64,000 nucleotides of DNA, from the IMG/VR virus record IMGVR_UViG_3300028804_000001, positions 1 to 64,000 of that record. One strand, written 5' to 3'. The translations under genes were made by a program, and so were the position numbers. Positions 36,856 to 47,257 of this stretch are shown piece after piece. The DNA comes from a virus (lineage: Duplodnaviria > Caudoviricetes). Within the stretch, counting starts at the first letter, position 1. Each line of letters begins with the position of its first letter. The notes under the pieces were generated by a model that saw nothing but the letters and a program-made list of their open reading frames with translations, searched no databases and was not told the DNA's origin.

Positions 36856-37902
36856 TCAGTATCTGTAGGTCAAGCCTATAGTTACTGCATATGCTTTTCG
36901 TAATTGATTTTTACGAGATACTGTTTGCATACCCTGAAGGGTAAATGGGCCAATATTGGCACCAGCTATATAGTATATATCAGAGAATCTATCAGAAGCC
37001 TTGGTTTCGGCCTTAAAACGATATTCAGTAACATCTGAGAAAGTAGCATATGAGGCATCTCTGCTAAAGCTGAGAAATGCACTTCCAGTTCCTGAAAATT
37101 TACCTATTCCTAGATATATTGATATAAAGTCTAGAACTGAGGCTCCAGTTCTAATATCTCCAAATCTGGTTACTGTAGTTCCCTGGTAGATAATCTCATT
37201 ATTACCAGTCCATTCAACAGATTTAATATCTGTTTTAATTCCAAGTGTATCGCTGAACTTTATATTAATGTTATGAGTGCTATCAGCTCTGCCGGCTCCT
37301 ATTGAAAGACCAGAGAAGTTTATAAACCTTCCCCATCCAAACTCCGGAATGATAGTAAATCTAATCATTCCACCTCTGAGATGAAGATTGGTAGCTGTAC
37401 TATTGGCTTGATCTGACTTTAAGGATCCATACTGATATCCAAATCCGTAAACTTCAAATCTGTCTAGAAATGTGCTTTCCTGATCATACTTACTAAAGAG
37501 TGTTTGAAGAGATGAAGCAAGCCAACCAATATTGACTCCGGCATATCCTCCTGGTTGGAGTGATATACCTCTTTCTCCCATATTCTTTGTTTTATTCTCT
37601 ATTAGATCATTTCTAACTGGAATCTTTCTTTCGTTTGTAAATGATGCAGTGCCAAAAATTCCCACGGTAAATTTTTGCGTTGTAACATGATAGGGAACTA
37701 ATGCAATTGAACCAAAAGATTGCGCAAGAAGCTCATCTTTAGCTAATGCTGGAAGATAGTATTTTGAAAAATCTGAATAATATGCGCCGTAGTCCCGATT
37801 GATTTTATTACAATCAGGGCCTCTGCATTCAAACTCCGCCATCACTGAGTGAGAGCCAATAAGCAGTGGTAGCAGAATGAGGGTTTGTATCCCTCTATTC
37901 AT
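36856..37902 (-). CDS. Lsa36-family-like leptospiral surface / outer-membrane protein
   Basis: Signal peptide (ends VMA); FECRGPDC; GISLQPGGYAGVNIGWL; FLDRFEVYG; FSGLSIGAG; alternating beta-strands ending in aromatic LTYRY. Family recalled from memory, not searched. Confidence 0.6.
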   Translation of the reverse strand: MNRGIQTLILLPLLIGSHSVMAEFECRGPDCNKINRDYGAYYSDFSKYYLPALAKDELLAQSFGSIALVPYHVTTQKFTVGIFGTASFTNERKIPVRNDLIENKTKNMGERGISLQPGGYAGVNIGWLASSLQTLFSKYDQESTFLDRFEVYGFGYQYGSLKSDQANSTATNLHLRGGMIRFTIIPEFGWGRFINFSGLSIGAGRADSTHNINIKFSDTLGIKTDIKSVEWTGNNEIIYQGTTVTRFGDIRTGASVLDFISIYLGIGKFSGTGSAFLSFSRDASYATFSDVTEYRFKAETKASDRFSDIYYIAGANIGPFTLQGMQTVSRKNQLRKAYAVTIGLTYRY

Positions 37903-37966
37903 TACACGAACATTACTGAAGCAACATCTAGAGTACCATTGTTGTTATTAACAACTACTGATACTA

Positions 37967-38743
37967 GTGAAAACTTTAGTTATCACTCCGTTGATGCTTC
38001 TGTTTTTAATTCACTGCTCTTTCAAAGAAGACAGTTGCGACAGTCGTATATACGATCAAGACAGTACTAGATTCTTTCGATCTATCATGGCACTGAAATA
38101 CAGCAACTGGGCAGATAGAGGATATACTGCTACTACAGTTTTTACCGGAGATTCAATTGTTGAAGAATGGAATGCAATTAATTCAATAGATTCCGGTGGA
38201 TATCCATGGTCGGATGATCTCAATAATACACAATATATCAACAGTGGAATTGCTGGAGATACTGTTTGTGGAATGATTCATAGAAGAAATACTTCAGTTA
38301 ACGCATTTAAACCAAAGTATATCTTTACCGATGGTGGAGGAAATGATCTCTTAGTAGGAGCATCTATTGATGCTCTTAGAGATAATCTTTCTGAATATAT
38401 ACATCTTCTTAGACAGGATAATCAAGAAGCTAGAATAGTATATGGTGCAATACCACCATCAAAAAGTCCGGTTGGAAATATGATCAAATCTAAGATCAAT
38501 TTCTATGTTAGAGATAACATTGTTCCTGCAACAGAGAACTTTTGCTATGTCGATATGAATGACTTTCTAGCTGAGAATGGAGTAGAGGGTAATCCAATTA
38601 AAGATGGATGGAATATTGACAGTCTTCATCCAAATCCAGCTATTTTTATTGAATATAAGAGAAGAGTAGAACTAGCCTTTAATGGCTCTAACTATGGAAC
38701 CTGGGCTAGATGTAATAATGATAAATCTCAGATCTCTAACTGA
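37967..38743 (+). CDS. SGNH/GDSL hydrolase lipoprotein
   Basis: Spirochaete-style lipobox LLFLIH-C; blocks FTGDSI, NSGIAGD, GGNDL, DSLHPN. Confidence 0.85.
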   Translation: MKTLVITPLMLLFLIHCSFKEDSCDSRIYDQDSTRFFRSIMALKYSNWADRGYTATTVFTGDSIVEEWNAINSIDSGGYPWSDDLNNTQYINSGIAGDTVCGMIHRRNTSVNAFKPKYIFTDGGGNDLLVGASIDALRDNLSEYIHLLRQDNQEARIVYGAIPPSKSPVGNMIKSKINFYVRDNIVPATENFCYVDMNDFLAENGVEGNPIKDGWNIDSLHPNPAIFIEYKRRVELAFNGSNYGTWARCNNDKSQISN

Positions 38744-39318
38744 GTTCCACAATAAGGGCATAATACAAGATTAGTTTCTCGATCTAGGTATGATGCTTCA
38801 AAGCATGCGGATCCACCACAATCAGGGCATTTATAAGGACCTTCTACAATAATGCCTGAGTTGTTATTATTTCTTTCATCTATAGCTTTTTGAGGTCCTT
38901 TAGATGTAAGTGCTTCTATAGATTCTTCCTCCCAGAATTCTGATCTGTATTTAATAGAACCATCTAGATAAAGTCTGAATGCTGTTCCACCGTGGGAACC
39001 CGGTGCAAGCTTATCACATGAAAATGCTACTCCAAAATCTAGATATCTTAAATCCGCTTCAGCTATTACTTCTCCAAGTTTAGTAAGAAATTCCTTTCCT
39101 TTTTCTTGTCCGTTCTTGTTTAGATTTTCATCACTCAAGAGAACATCTAATGTTCCATTCTCTCCACATATATAGAGCTCACCATTTTCAAGAGACATAT
39201 ATAGTAGAATTGGAAAGTCTTCCTTTAATTCATTAAATAGATTATTAACTTCTTCAAACTTTTGAATGGAACAGGGTACAGCCTCTTCTGCAGTAAAGTC
39301 AATATGATAATTCATCAA
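38728..39318 (-). CDS. Hypothetical protein with C-terminal Zn ribbon
   Basis: CPDCGG...CPYCG. Confidence 0.6.
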   Translation of the reverse strand: MMNYHIDFTAEEAVPCSIQKFEEVNNLFNELKEDFPILLYMSLENGELYICGENGTLDVLLSDENLNKNGQEKGKEFLTKLGEVIAEADLRYLDFGVAFSCDKLAPGSHGGTAFRLYLDGSIKYRSEFWEEESIEALTSKGPQKAIDERNNNNSGIIVEGPYKCPDCGGSACFEASYLDRETNLVLCPYCGTQLEI

Positions 39319-39914
39319 GACACCTCTTTAAGATTAGTCTTAGTGTTTTCATTAATACTAACAATTAGAGAATTTAATTTTGTTATATCGGTTCTAACAA
39401 GCTGCCCACCAACAGAAAGTTTTGATAAGTCGATATATTTATCAATATCTGGCCATAACTCTCTTAACTGTTTTAAATTTTTTGCAGATGAAAGAACTGC
39501 ACTCAATTCACTTTCTACTTCCTTTTTAAGGAGATGTATTTTTCTTTCTTCATCAACAAGATTGGACACAAGTTCATAGAAATCTTTATTTTCTTTGGTT
39601 ACGTTAAAGTAAGCTCTATCATTATAAGTTATAATGTTTCCAGGAACTGGAATTAAAGAATCATATTTAACTTGAACACATTTATCATGGTCATTATTAA
39701 TAAAAACTGTTATTTCTCTTGCTTTTGCTTTCCATTCCTTAGGAAAGTTATCCCATTCTTTCTTATTCTTTTTTACAAAAGAATCTATTAACAATGTAAT
39801 TAGCTGTTTTACTCTCTGCTCAAAGTCTAGCTCTTTCGGGCCAAGAATTTTCTTAATAATCTGCTTAGACCATACATTTCTCATTTGTTGTGTAATTCTA
39901 ATTTGTGTTGTCAT
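39315..39914 (-). CDS. Nmad5-like (nucleotide-modification-associated domain 5) protein
   Basis: N-terminal RITQQMR; C-terminal VLSSAKNLKQLRELWPD motif. Start set at ATG 39914. Confidence 0.6.
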   Translation of the reverse strand: MTTQIRITQQMRNVWSKQIIKKILGPKELDFEQRVKQLITLLIDSFVKKNKKEWDNFPKEWKAKAREITVFINNDHDKCVQVKYDSLIPVPGNIITYNDRAYFNVTKENKDFYELVSNLVDEERKIHLLKKEVESELSAVLSSAKNLKQLRELWPDIDKYIDLSKLSVGGQLVRTDITKLNSLIVSINENTKTNLKEVS

Positions 39915-39915
39915 A

Positions 39916-40368
39916 TTAGTGGAACTCCATATTCTCTTTATACTTCTCAGCAGCAGCACATAAGTTGATAAACTTAACTGCCGTTTCTATGAGAGATTTT
40001 AAATCTACTACTTTATCATTTCCTATATTTGCTTCTATTATTTTTCTACCATCGTAGAATTCTTCTACAAACATCTTTAATGCTGGAAATAATCTTCTAC
40101 ATTCTTGAAGTGTTATTTCCCCATCAGAATCAGAATGATTAATAATATATCTTAGATCTCTATAAATAGGTCGAGTTATAGATGAATCATTTATAAAGAA
40201 GAAATCAAGGTCGCCAAGTCTTGGATTATCTCCACCAAAACCAAAAAAATCAGTTACATCTACATTTTGTTTGTTTATTAACTTAAAAACAGTGTTACGC
40301 CAGTTATTAAAATAACTATAGGATCCAATTCTATAGCTAAGTCTTCCAGCACTAACATCAAGACCCAT
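39916..40368 (-). CDS. Hypothetical protein
   Basis: MGLD start, SYSYFNNWR, NHSDSDG: a common phage hypothetical pattern. Confidence 0.6.
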   Translation of the reverse strand: MGLDVSAGRLSYRIGSYSYFNNWRNTVFKLINKQNVDVTDFFGFGGDNPRLGDLDFFFINDSSITRPIYRDLRYIINHSDSDGEITLQECRRLFPALKMFVEEFYDGRKIIEANIGNDKVVDLKSLIETAVKFINLCAAAEKYKENMEFH

Positions 40369-40519
40369 TACTAGCTCCCATGTTTTCTCTTACTTTATCA
40401 ACTTTTAGTATCTGCTCTCTAAGACGTTTAATTTGTTCTTTAGCTTCGCTCTCTGGCATTTCTATTTCACGGACCATACCAAATTCAGATACATATTGGG
40501 TGTAGATTTTCTCACTCAT
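40358..40519 (-). CDS. 53-aa hypothetical protein (MSEKIYTQYV...)
   Basis: Hand-translated; fills the gap, with a TAATG overlap to UDG. Confidence 0.5.
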   Translation of the reverse strand: MSEKIYTQYVSEFGMVREIEMPESEAKEQIKRLREQILKVDKVRENMGASNGS

Positions 40520-41223
40520 TAGAATACAGGCTCCGTTCTAAGTTGTAGATATCTTGGCATATTCTTCATAAGATCGCCAAGTGAATTCATAGTAATATCA
40601 AAATACTTCTGATAATCAGATGTTCCACGCTTTCTTAACAAGAAAGCAGGATGAAGAATGAAACATACTGGAAGAGTAATATCTTCAATGGGATCATTGA
40701 AAGTATAGAACTTACCGGAACACTCAATAGCTCCAAGTTTTTCACAGCTGGGAACTAATTGATCGAGAGCAGGTTTACCTACAGCAACTAATACAACTGG
40801 AGCTAGAAGTTTCATCTGAGCAATTAAATGTGTATAGCATTTAGAAGCCTGAGATTTTGTAAGAGGCTTATTTCCTTCAGTTGCACATAAACCAACATTA
40901 GTAATATATGCACTATACTTATCTTCAATACCGCTTTTCTCAAGAAGTTGAATCAGAAGTTGGCCTGCAGGTCCTACAAATGGAACTCCCTGCTCTACTT
41001 CAGTAGCTCCAGGATTCTGACCTACAATCATAATCGGGGACTTAATATTTCCTCTGGATACAACTATATGATCAGGACCTAATTTACCTAGGTCGCACAT
41101 ATTACATCCAGTCTCTCTGAGGTTAATACAAAACTCTTTTAGAGCTTTATAGTCATTCTTAACAGTCTTTGCGGGGTTGGGTAGAGTCTTCTCATCTACC
41201 ATTGTATCAAATTCTTGTTCCAT
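40519..41223 (-). CDS. Uracil-DNA glycosylase family 4 (Fe-S)
   Basis: CNMCDL, MIVGQNPG..E, PFVGPAG, YITNVGLC, KC, ILHPAFLLR. Confidence 0.92.
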   Translation of the reverse strand: MEQEFDTMVDEKTLPNPAKTVKNDYKALKEFCINLRETGCNMCDLGKLGPDHIVVSRGNIKSPIMIVGQNPGATEVEQGVPFVGPAGQLLIQLLEKSGIEDKYSAYITNVGLCATEGNKPLTKSQASKCYTHLIAQMKLLAPVVLVAVGKPALDQLVPSCEKLGAIECSGKFYTFNDPIEDITLPVCFILHPAFLLRKRGTSDYQKYFDITMNSLGDLMKNMPRYLQLRTEPVF

Positions 41224-41575
41224 GGTTTACCACCGCTGTTTGCCTTTTAGTAAGGATGGCATTAATATATTCTTTAACTTTACTTTCAGGCAAAGTCCAG
41301 CTGCTAGTTTTAATATCAGCTATTACAGTATCTTTGAATTCCTGATATACAGAAAGAGCCAGTGAATCATTATTAAGTACGCTGGCACAGATTGCCAATG
41401 CCAATTGGGCAGGACCGCTGCCAGAATATCCCCATTCAAAACCATCTGGTGAGTGATTAATAAGATCATACCGAGGATCCAGTTTCTTTTCTATAGAGAA
41501 TGCTCTGGAAGTTGAACGAAACACGATACACTGATCGTCCATTCGAACTCCAATGAACCGTGCTTCTTTTTCCAT
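41207..41575 (-). CDS. DUF6166-like protein
   Basis: NHSPDGFEWGYSGSGPAQLALAI...YQEFK signature. Confidence 0.7.
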   Translation of the reverse strand: MEKEARFIGVRMDDQCIVFRSTSRAFSIEKKLDPRYDLINHSPDGFEWGYSGSGPAQLALAICASVLNNDSLALSVYQEFKDTVIADIKTSSWTLPESKVKEYINAILTKRQTAVVNHGTRI

Positions 41576-41579
41576 AGAA

Positions 41580-42698
41580 TTAATCCTCTACTTCTGGCTC
41601 ATCTTCATCTCTAATTGGAGGTTCCATTACCTTAGCAGAAGCCTCTCCAATATCGGCAAGAATTGCATTTGCAATATCTTCGTTGTTATTTAAGAACTCT
41701 GAAGCATTATCAATTCCCTGTCCAATTCTATCTCCTTTATAGGAGAACCAGGTTCCAATTCTTTCAACAATGTTATAAGTTTGGGCTACTTCAATAATTT
41801 CCATTCCACGATTGATACCTGTTTTAAAGAAGAATGGAAATCTAAACTTTTGAAATGGTCGCCATGTCTTATTCTTAACTACTTCACCCTCAATCCAGAT
41901 ACCAATTACACCATCAGCATTCTTAATCTTCTCACCTTTCTTAAGATAGATTCGAATAGAAGCGTAGAACTTCATGGCATTTCCACCGGTAGGAACCCGC
42001 GGATCTCCCATAATAACACCAATTTTACTTCTCCACTGGTTAGTCCAGATAAGTGTACAATTAGAATTAATAATAGGATTAAGAGTTCTGCATGCTTGAC
42101 TCATTAATCTTGCATGGAGACCCATTGTTGCATCACCAGCAGAACCATCCAATTCTGCTCGAGGAACCATGGTTGCAATAGAATCAATGATAACAGTATC
42201 ATAGTTTCTAACTGCAATCTTAGCCATTTCAATAGCATCTTCCCCACTATCCGGCTGAACTGTATCCATCTTATCGAAGTCTACACCTACGGTTTGAACT
42301 GCAAACTCTTCATCAAGATGATGCTCCATATCTATAAACATGTGATTGGAGTCGGGATTAGTTTTCTGATCTGAAGCAATCTTCATAAGACACATGGTGG
42401 TCTTACCTTCAGCTTCGTTGCCTACAATTTCAACCATCCTGCCTTTGGGGTAGCCTCCAGGATATCTTCCTGCTAATGCAATATCAAGAGAGATGGATCC
42501 ACTTGAGGATCTTTCAATAACAGGGCTTTCGCCTTTATCTCTTGATTGGATACTATCAGCACCATACTTCTTTTTGATTTCAGCAAGAACTGCCTTACGA
42601 CGTTCTTCAGGTGTAGAACCTGTAGATAATCGAGCTTCTAACTCTTCTCTTTTCTCTGCTCTCTGTTCAGCTTTAGTCTTCTTCTTTGGACCCGCCAT
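41580..42698 (-). CDS. recA: RecA recombinase
   Basis: GYPKGRMVEIVGNEAEGKTT, FIDMEH, QPDSGE, IIDSIATMVPRAEL, ARLMSQA, NQWRSKIG, GGNAMKFYAS, VKNK. Confidence 0.96.
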   Translation of the reverse strand: MAGPKKKTKAEQRAEKREELEARLSTGSTPEERRKAVLAEIKKKYGADSIQSRDKGESPVIERSSSGSISLDIALAGRYPGGYPKGRMVEIVGNEAEGKTTMCLMKIASDQKTNPDSNHMFIDMEHHLDEEFAVQTVGVDFDKMDTVQPDSGEDAIEMAKIAVRNYDTVIIDSIATMVPRAELDGSAGDATMGLHARLMSQACRTLNPIINSNCTLIWTNQWRSKIGVIMGDPRVPTGGNAMKFYASIRIYLKKGEKIKNADGVIGIWIEGEVVKNKTWRPFQKFRFPFFFKTGINRGMEIIEVAQTYNIVERIGTWFSYKGDRIGQGIDNASEFLNNNEDIANAILADIGEASAKVMEPPIRDEDEPEVED

Positions 42699-43734
42699 TT
42701 TTATACTCCTCTTCGATGGATTTCTTATGCAGTATCATTTTAACCAGTCTTCCGGTTAACTCATACCTTCCAACTGCATTTTCTACAAGAAATGGTGCAA
42801 GTATATCCATGTAGCCACCGAGGACGGCAAGGGCTCGTGGAGATAATCGATCATCTCTACTTAAGCTTCTTAGTAAATGATTCAGATAGGTAAGCAATGA
42901 AATCCGGGCGCCTTCCCAGGAGCCGGTTACTGCTTTAAGATCTTCTAACGAAGATAACATAGATTCGACCTGAGGACCACAAGAAGAATTCTTCATAAAA
43001 GAATCATATGTGGACATCATAGCCTTGTATACTTTATGAGCATTTCCAGTTTCTGCTTCTTTTTCATGCGGAATTTCTCCGCTGGTTGCATAGCTGGAAA
43101 ATATAGCACTGATAATACCCGGAGAACCAGAAGCAATATCAAGGATCTTACTCTTTACACCAAGATCTACTCCTTCAATTCCTGACTTCTGAATTAAACT
43201 CTCAAGATATCTCTTTGCTGCTTCATAACCTAGGCCGCTAAATTTATACTGACTAAACCTTCTCTGAAAGCTAACCTTAAGTTTAGCCGGCTCAGTGGTT
43301 GTAACAAATACATATACATTTGGAATAGGCTGTTCCAATACAGATAACAATGCATCTTGAGCATCAGGAGTATATCTCTGAGCCTCATTCAGAACATATA
43401 CATATGGTTTGGCAGTATCGAATCCGTCAGAACAACTTAAAAGTTCATCTTCCAATTCTCTGGCATCATCTACCTTATTCTTAACTGAAACATTTATCTC
43501 TTTAAACTCAGGACCAGCATAAGTTCCCGATTCTACAAGATCTTCCTTTTCTTTCCCTTCTAATCCTAGAAGATTAGCAGCAAGTAGTCTTGCAATAGTG
43601 GTCTTACCACAACCACTATCACCGTGGAAAAGACAACGCTTCGGAAGTTTTCCTTCCGCTAACGCTGTAGATAAACCGGTCACTGGACCAGTTGGATACA
43701 TATCATCAATATCTAATGGTCTATTTACTTTCAT
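42673..43734 (-). CDS. DnaX (Pol III gamma/tau)-like clamp-loader ATPase
   Basis: RPLDIDD, HGDSGCGKTTIARL, EIN..KNKVDDARE, VYVLNEAQ, AQDALLSVLEQP, TTTEPAKL. Confidence 0.82.
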   Translation of the reverse strand: MKVNRPLDIDDMYPTGPVTGLSTALAEGKLPKRCLFHGDSGCGKTTIARLLAANLLGLEGKEKEDLVESGTYAGPEFKEINVSVKNKVDDARELEDELLSCSDGFDTAKPYVYVLNEAQRYTPDAQDALLSVLEQPIPNVYVFVTTTEPAKLKVSFQRRFSQYKFSGLGYEAAKRYLESLIQKSGIEGVDLGVKSKILDIASGSPGIISAIFSSYATSGEIPHEKEAETGNAHKVYKAMMSTYDSFMKNSSCGPQVESMLSSLEDLKAVTGSWEGARISLLTYLNHLLRSLSRDDRLSPRALAVLGGYMDILAPFLVENAVGRYELTGRLVKMILHKKSIEEEYKNGGSKEED

Positions 43735-46124
43735 GCAATCTCTTCTTTTAAGTTATTCACAAAAGTCAATTCCTGATTGTTGATAAAGATCTTCAATTGA
43801 TTATTCCGAATCTGATTCAAAAATCTTGCTGCAGATTCTTTATAATTTCTGCTTCTATCAGTTCCTACAAATGTATCCATTACAGTAGGAACATAATTAT
43901 CAATGAATCTCACAAAAGAATCGATATCATTCTCATGTAGAATTTGAGCAAGAATAGATGAGAACCATCCACTTGGCATTCCACCTCTAGTATTCTGCTT
44001 CTTTTCATAGAAGTGTAGATTTAACTGAGTTCTGGCTCTTGTCATACCTACATATGCCAAGCATTTGCCATCATCCCAGTTCCAGTCAAGTGGTCTTACG
44101 CAGGAGGTTACAATATTAACATTATCAAACTCCAAACCTTTTGCAGAATGAATCGTATCGAGATAGATACCAGCGTTCTTACTTACGCGCTCCTTTCCCA
44201 TCATAAACTTATTAGGATGGAAAGTTCCACCTACCAGTCTGTTGACGGTATGCATTAAAGATTTACGGCAAATGTTTGTAATCGTTCCCTTTCTACGATC
44301 ATCCATCTCCTTATTATGAACACCTTTAATAACTCTATCAATGATCTCCTCAATCTTAGCAGGAGGTCTAGATGCTAGATCCTTTAAGATAGGAATGGCA
44401 GATTGAAAATATGAAGTTACTTCCTGCAGTCCGTCATCTTCTGCTGACATAAGCATTAGAGCTGCATCTATAGGCTCCATATTAATAATGTTGAGCATCC
44501 TATCTTGAACAGCAAGTGATGAAGTTTGCTGATGACAAAGATAGCTTAAAGCTCGGTTTACTCTTTCAGAAACACCATCATCTGATAAGTTACTGCTAAC
44601 TTTGAATAGAGAACGAATCATTAATCCATATCTCTTCTTGGCAAAATCTAATGCAATTGTTCTGTTAATAAGATCCTGATTTCTTCTAAGCCTACCTCTA
44701 GCCAATTGCATGATTCTACTCTGCATAATAGGAGAAGAACCAGAAACATTAGTTCCAGTTATCAGCATCATAAGATATAGAATCGCCGTGAAGTTGATTC
44801 TATTAAAAGCAACATCCTGATAGAAGTTATAGAAATCTGTAGAGAATGTCTTACTTCCAAAGAGTCCTTTAGAGGCTGACCACAAATTTCTAACTGCTCT
44901 ATTAGTAGATGCTAGAATTGCAACACTGCCTTCTGTGCATCTAGCTGCAATCCAGGTATTGATTCTACGCATCATTGTATGATCATTATCAATAGGATCT
45001 GCCCAGAAATGAATATTTACTGGAGGGCCATCCACTTTATCCTTAGAAGGAGTAACCGCAACTCCAGTTTGAACTGTTGGATGAAACCTATCTGGATTAA
45101 CAAATGCTTTAGTATAGATATGCGATCTAGATCTATTAGTAAAATGAGTAATATTCTTGCTCATTCTAAAGCATGTTGTAAGGTTCCTAACTGTATAAGG
45201 AGATTCAAGAGTTAGAATCTCCTCTACAATTATTTTATTGATATAGGAACTATAAATAGTTTGAGCAATATCTCCACAGAACAAAGAGGCCCCAATAATT
45301 TCAGATAGCTTGTTAATTACTGAAACTTCTTCATCTTTGAGATCTTGAAGTTCATCAACACATAGATACTTAAATCTGTCAGATAATGCTGATACATAAG
45401 CATAATGAGTTGGATCATTAAGAATCTGATTAAATAGTAATACCATTGTTTGAAAGGTATATACTCCCTGTGCAAGCATTATAGATAAGAATCCATCAAC
45501 TAAGATCTGCTGCAGATAATCTTCTGCAATAGTTACTCTAGCTTCTGAGACTAAGTCATCTATAGGTTTTACACCTTCATCTAACTGTAGATTAATAGCA
45601 TTTCTAATACGATCAACACTTAGATAGTTATCAAGAAGAGATACAGATATGCCGGTGTTCTCGATGTTATTATTTAGTTCCCGAACTATTTTTTTAAAGT
45701 TCTCCCTGTCAATACTAGGGATATGCTCATCAACTTCATTATTAAGAATCTCGTGTATTAACGAGTTCTCATACAGGAGCATGGATTCATAATCATCAAG
45801 AACACGTGTAGCTTCAATACCAGTATAAGTCTGGCACTCATTGAAACAGAATGAGTGGATAGTTCCCCACTTAATCTTTTCAATAGCATCTGGAGTTCCG
45901 AGGTTTTTAACTACCCTCTCTGCAATCTCCTGAGATGCATTATTAGTATATGAGAACAGTACAATCTCTTCAGGCTTAATCTTTCCCTGTTTTAACAGGG
46001 ATACGACTCGATTGGCCATCGTATGAGTCTTTCCAGATCCTGGAACTGCCATAACTACGGTTCTTTCTTTAGGAGATGCGTTGATAATCTCTAACTGCTC
46101 ATCTGTTTCTTTTACATTGCTCAT
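43731..46124 (-). CDS. UvrD/Rep-family SF1 helicase
   Basis: AVPGSGKT, TIHSFC, VDELQD, GDIAQTIY, TIHSAKGLEFDNV, YVGMTRA. Confidence 0.92.
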   Translation of the reverse strand: MSNVKETDEQLEIINASPKERTVVMAVPGSGKTHTMANRVVSLLKQGKIKPEEIVLFSYTNNASQEIAERVVKNLGTPDAIEKIKWGTIHSFCFNECQTYTGIEATRVLDDYESMLLYENSLIHEILNNEVDEHIPSIDRENFKKIVRELNNNIENTGISVSLLDNYLSVDRIRNAINLQLDEGVKPIDDLVSEARVTIAEDYLQQILVDGFLSIMLAQGVYTFQTMVLLFNQILNDPTHYAYVSALSDRFKYLCVDELQDLKDEEVSVINKLSEIIGASLFCGDIAQTIYSSYINKIIVEEILTLESPYTVRNLTTCFRMSKNITHFTNRSRSHIYTKAFVNPDRFHPTVQTGVAVTPSKDKVDGPPVNIHFWADPIDNDHTMMRRINTWIAARCTEGSVAILASTNRAVRNLWSASKGLFGSKTFSTDFYNFYQDVAFNRINFTAILYLMMLITGTNVSGSSPIMQSRIMQLARGRLRRNQDLINRTIALDFAKKRYGLMIRSLFKVSSNLSDDGVSERVNRALSYLCHQQTSSLAVQDRMLNIINMEPIDAALMLMSAEDDGLQEVTSYFQSAIPILKDLASRPPAKIEEIIDRVIKGVHNKEMDDRRKGTITNICRKSLMHTVNRLVGGTFHPNKFMMGKERVSKNAGIYLDTIHSAKGLEFDNVNIVTSCVRPLDWNWDDGKCLAYVGMTRARTQLNLHFYEKKQNTRGGMPSGWFSSILAQILHENDIDSFVRFIDNYVPTVMDTFVGTDRSRNYKESAARFLNQIRNNQLKIFINNQELTFVNNLKEEIA

Positions 46125-46125
46125 A

Positions 46126-47229
46126 CTAGTTCTCCTCTTTCTCGATAAATGTTGCTGAGCTATAAACAAATAGCAGGTTTACATATGCACTGAGTAGAAA
46201 TGCTATCTTGTTTGATTTGGCAATTTGAATTGTAATTTCAAAATCGCCGAACATATTTCCAAGTCTATTTAAAGCTTTCTTTTCTGGGTTTTCTATAGTA
46301 AGTGTAATTCCTTCTGAGTGAGTGCAAGGAATCTCCACATTTGCCTTATTAGATAATGAGCCAGAACTAACTGTCATTAATCCATCTGCTATAGATATTG
46401 TTACTTCTCTACCTTTAGTTTTCCTGAGATGTTCTACAATCTCGTTCATTGCCTTTGAAAATAGTTCAGCTGTAACTGTAAACCATGCACAATCAGTAAG
46501 CTGATCTACTTTAGAAAAGATCTCAAGGATCTTATCTGGAGATACTTCCATAATTGGAATTGGGAAGCCGGCTTTATAACCATACTTTGCTGATTCGGCA
46601 TAACACATGTTTCTTCTTTCGCCGGTTTTAGAAACTTCAATCTCCATCTTAAGAGTGCATTCATCAGTATATAGATTTTCATATAACCCAGGATTTACAT
46701 TCATACTCTCTGGGCATGGATCATTCTGAAGTTCTTTGATCCAGGCATGCCGCATATCACCCATTACAAAGTAGCTTTTCTTCTTAAACTTTGTAACGCC
46801 ACAGAATGTATCTCTACTGAGTTTTGATACTGATCTAATTACTGAATCCATCTCAGCCATTTCTTTAATGGCATTAGGAGATATATCTCCTCCCATATTC
46901 AGGAGGCGTTCAGGAACAGATACATCTCTATCTGTAGGAGAGGCAGGAACCGTGATTGCTTTCTTGATATTAGCTTCTTCTACAGTAATAACTAATCTAC
47001 CGCGTTCTACTTTCACAGAACCTTTCTTAGATCTAAGAACCTTAATAATGGATGATAGCGGTAGATATACCTTACTCTTAACATCAAATGGCACAGGAAT
47101 AGAGAAGTAACCCTTCTCTAGAATGTAAATGCTGCTGCCATCCATTATAACTGATGGATCATCAGTAGCAAATATGATTCCATCATACGGTGAAATACAC
47201 TGTATGATTGTCTTCTTAGCTGTAGCCAT
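46126..47229 (-). CDS. Putative DnaN-like (beta) sliding clamp
   Basis: 367 aa (DnaN size) and directly downstream of polB. C-terminal FTVTAELFSKAMNEI...VTISIADGLMTVSS...VEIPC resembles clamp domain III. Confidence 0.45.
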   Translation of the reverse strand: MATAKKTIIQCISPYDGIIFATDDPSVIMDGSSIYILEKGYFSIPVPFDVKSKVYLPLSSIIKVLRSKKGSVKVERGRLVITVEEANIKKAITVPASPTDRDVSVPERLLNMGGDISPNAIKEMAEMDSVIRSVSKLSRDTFCGVTKFKKKSYFVMGDMRHAWIKELQNDPCPESMNVNPGLYENLYTDECTLKMEIEVSKTGERRNMCYAESAKYGYKAGFPIPIMEVSPDKILEIFSKVDQLTDCAWFTVTAELFSKAMNEIVEHLRKTKGREVTISIADGLMTVSSGSLSNKANVEIPCTHSEGITLTIENPEKKALNRLGNMFGDFEITIQIAKSNKIAFLLSAYVNLLFVYSSATFIEKEEN

Positions 47230-47257
47230 GATTACTCCAGTTTATTCTTTAAGTAAC

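Noticed and set aside
25272-41223. Uracil-substituted genome (PBS1-like)
   Set aside because: An intact ThyX and a canonical family 4 UDG argue for thymine-containing DNA.
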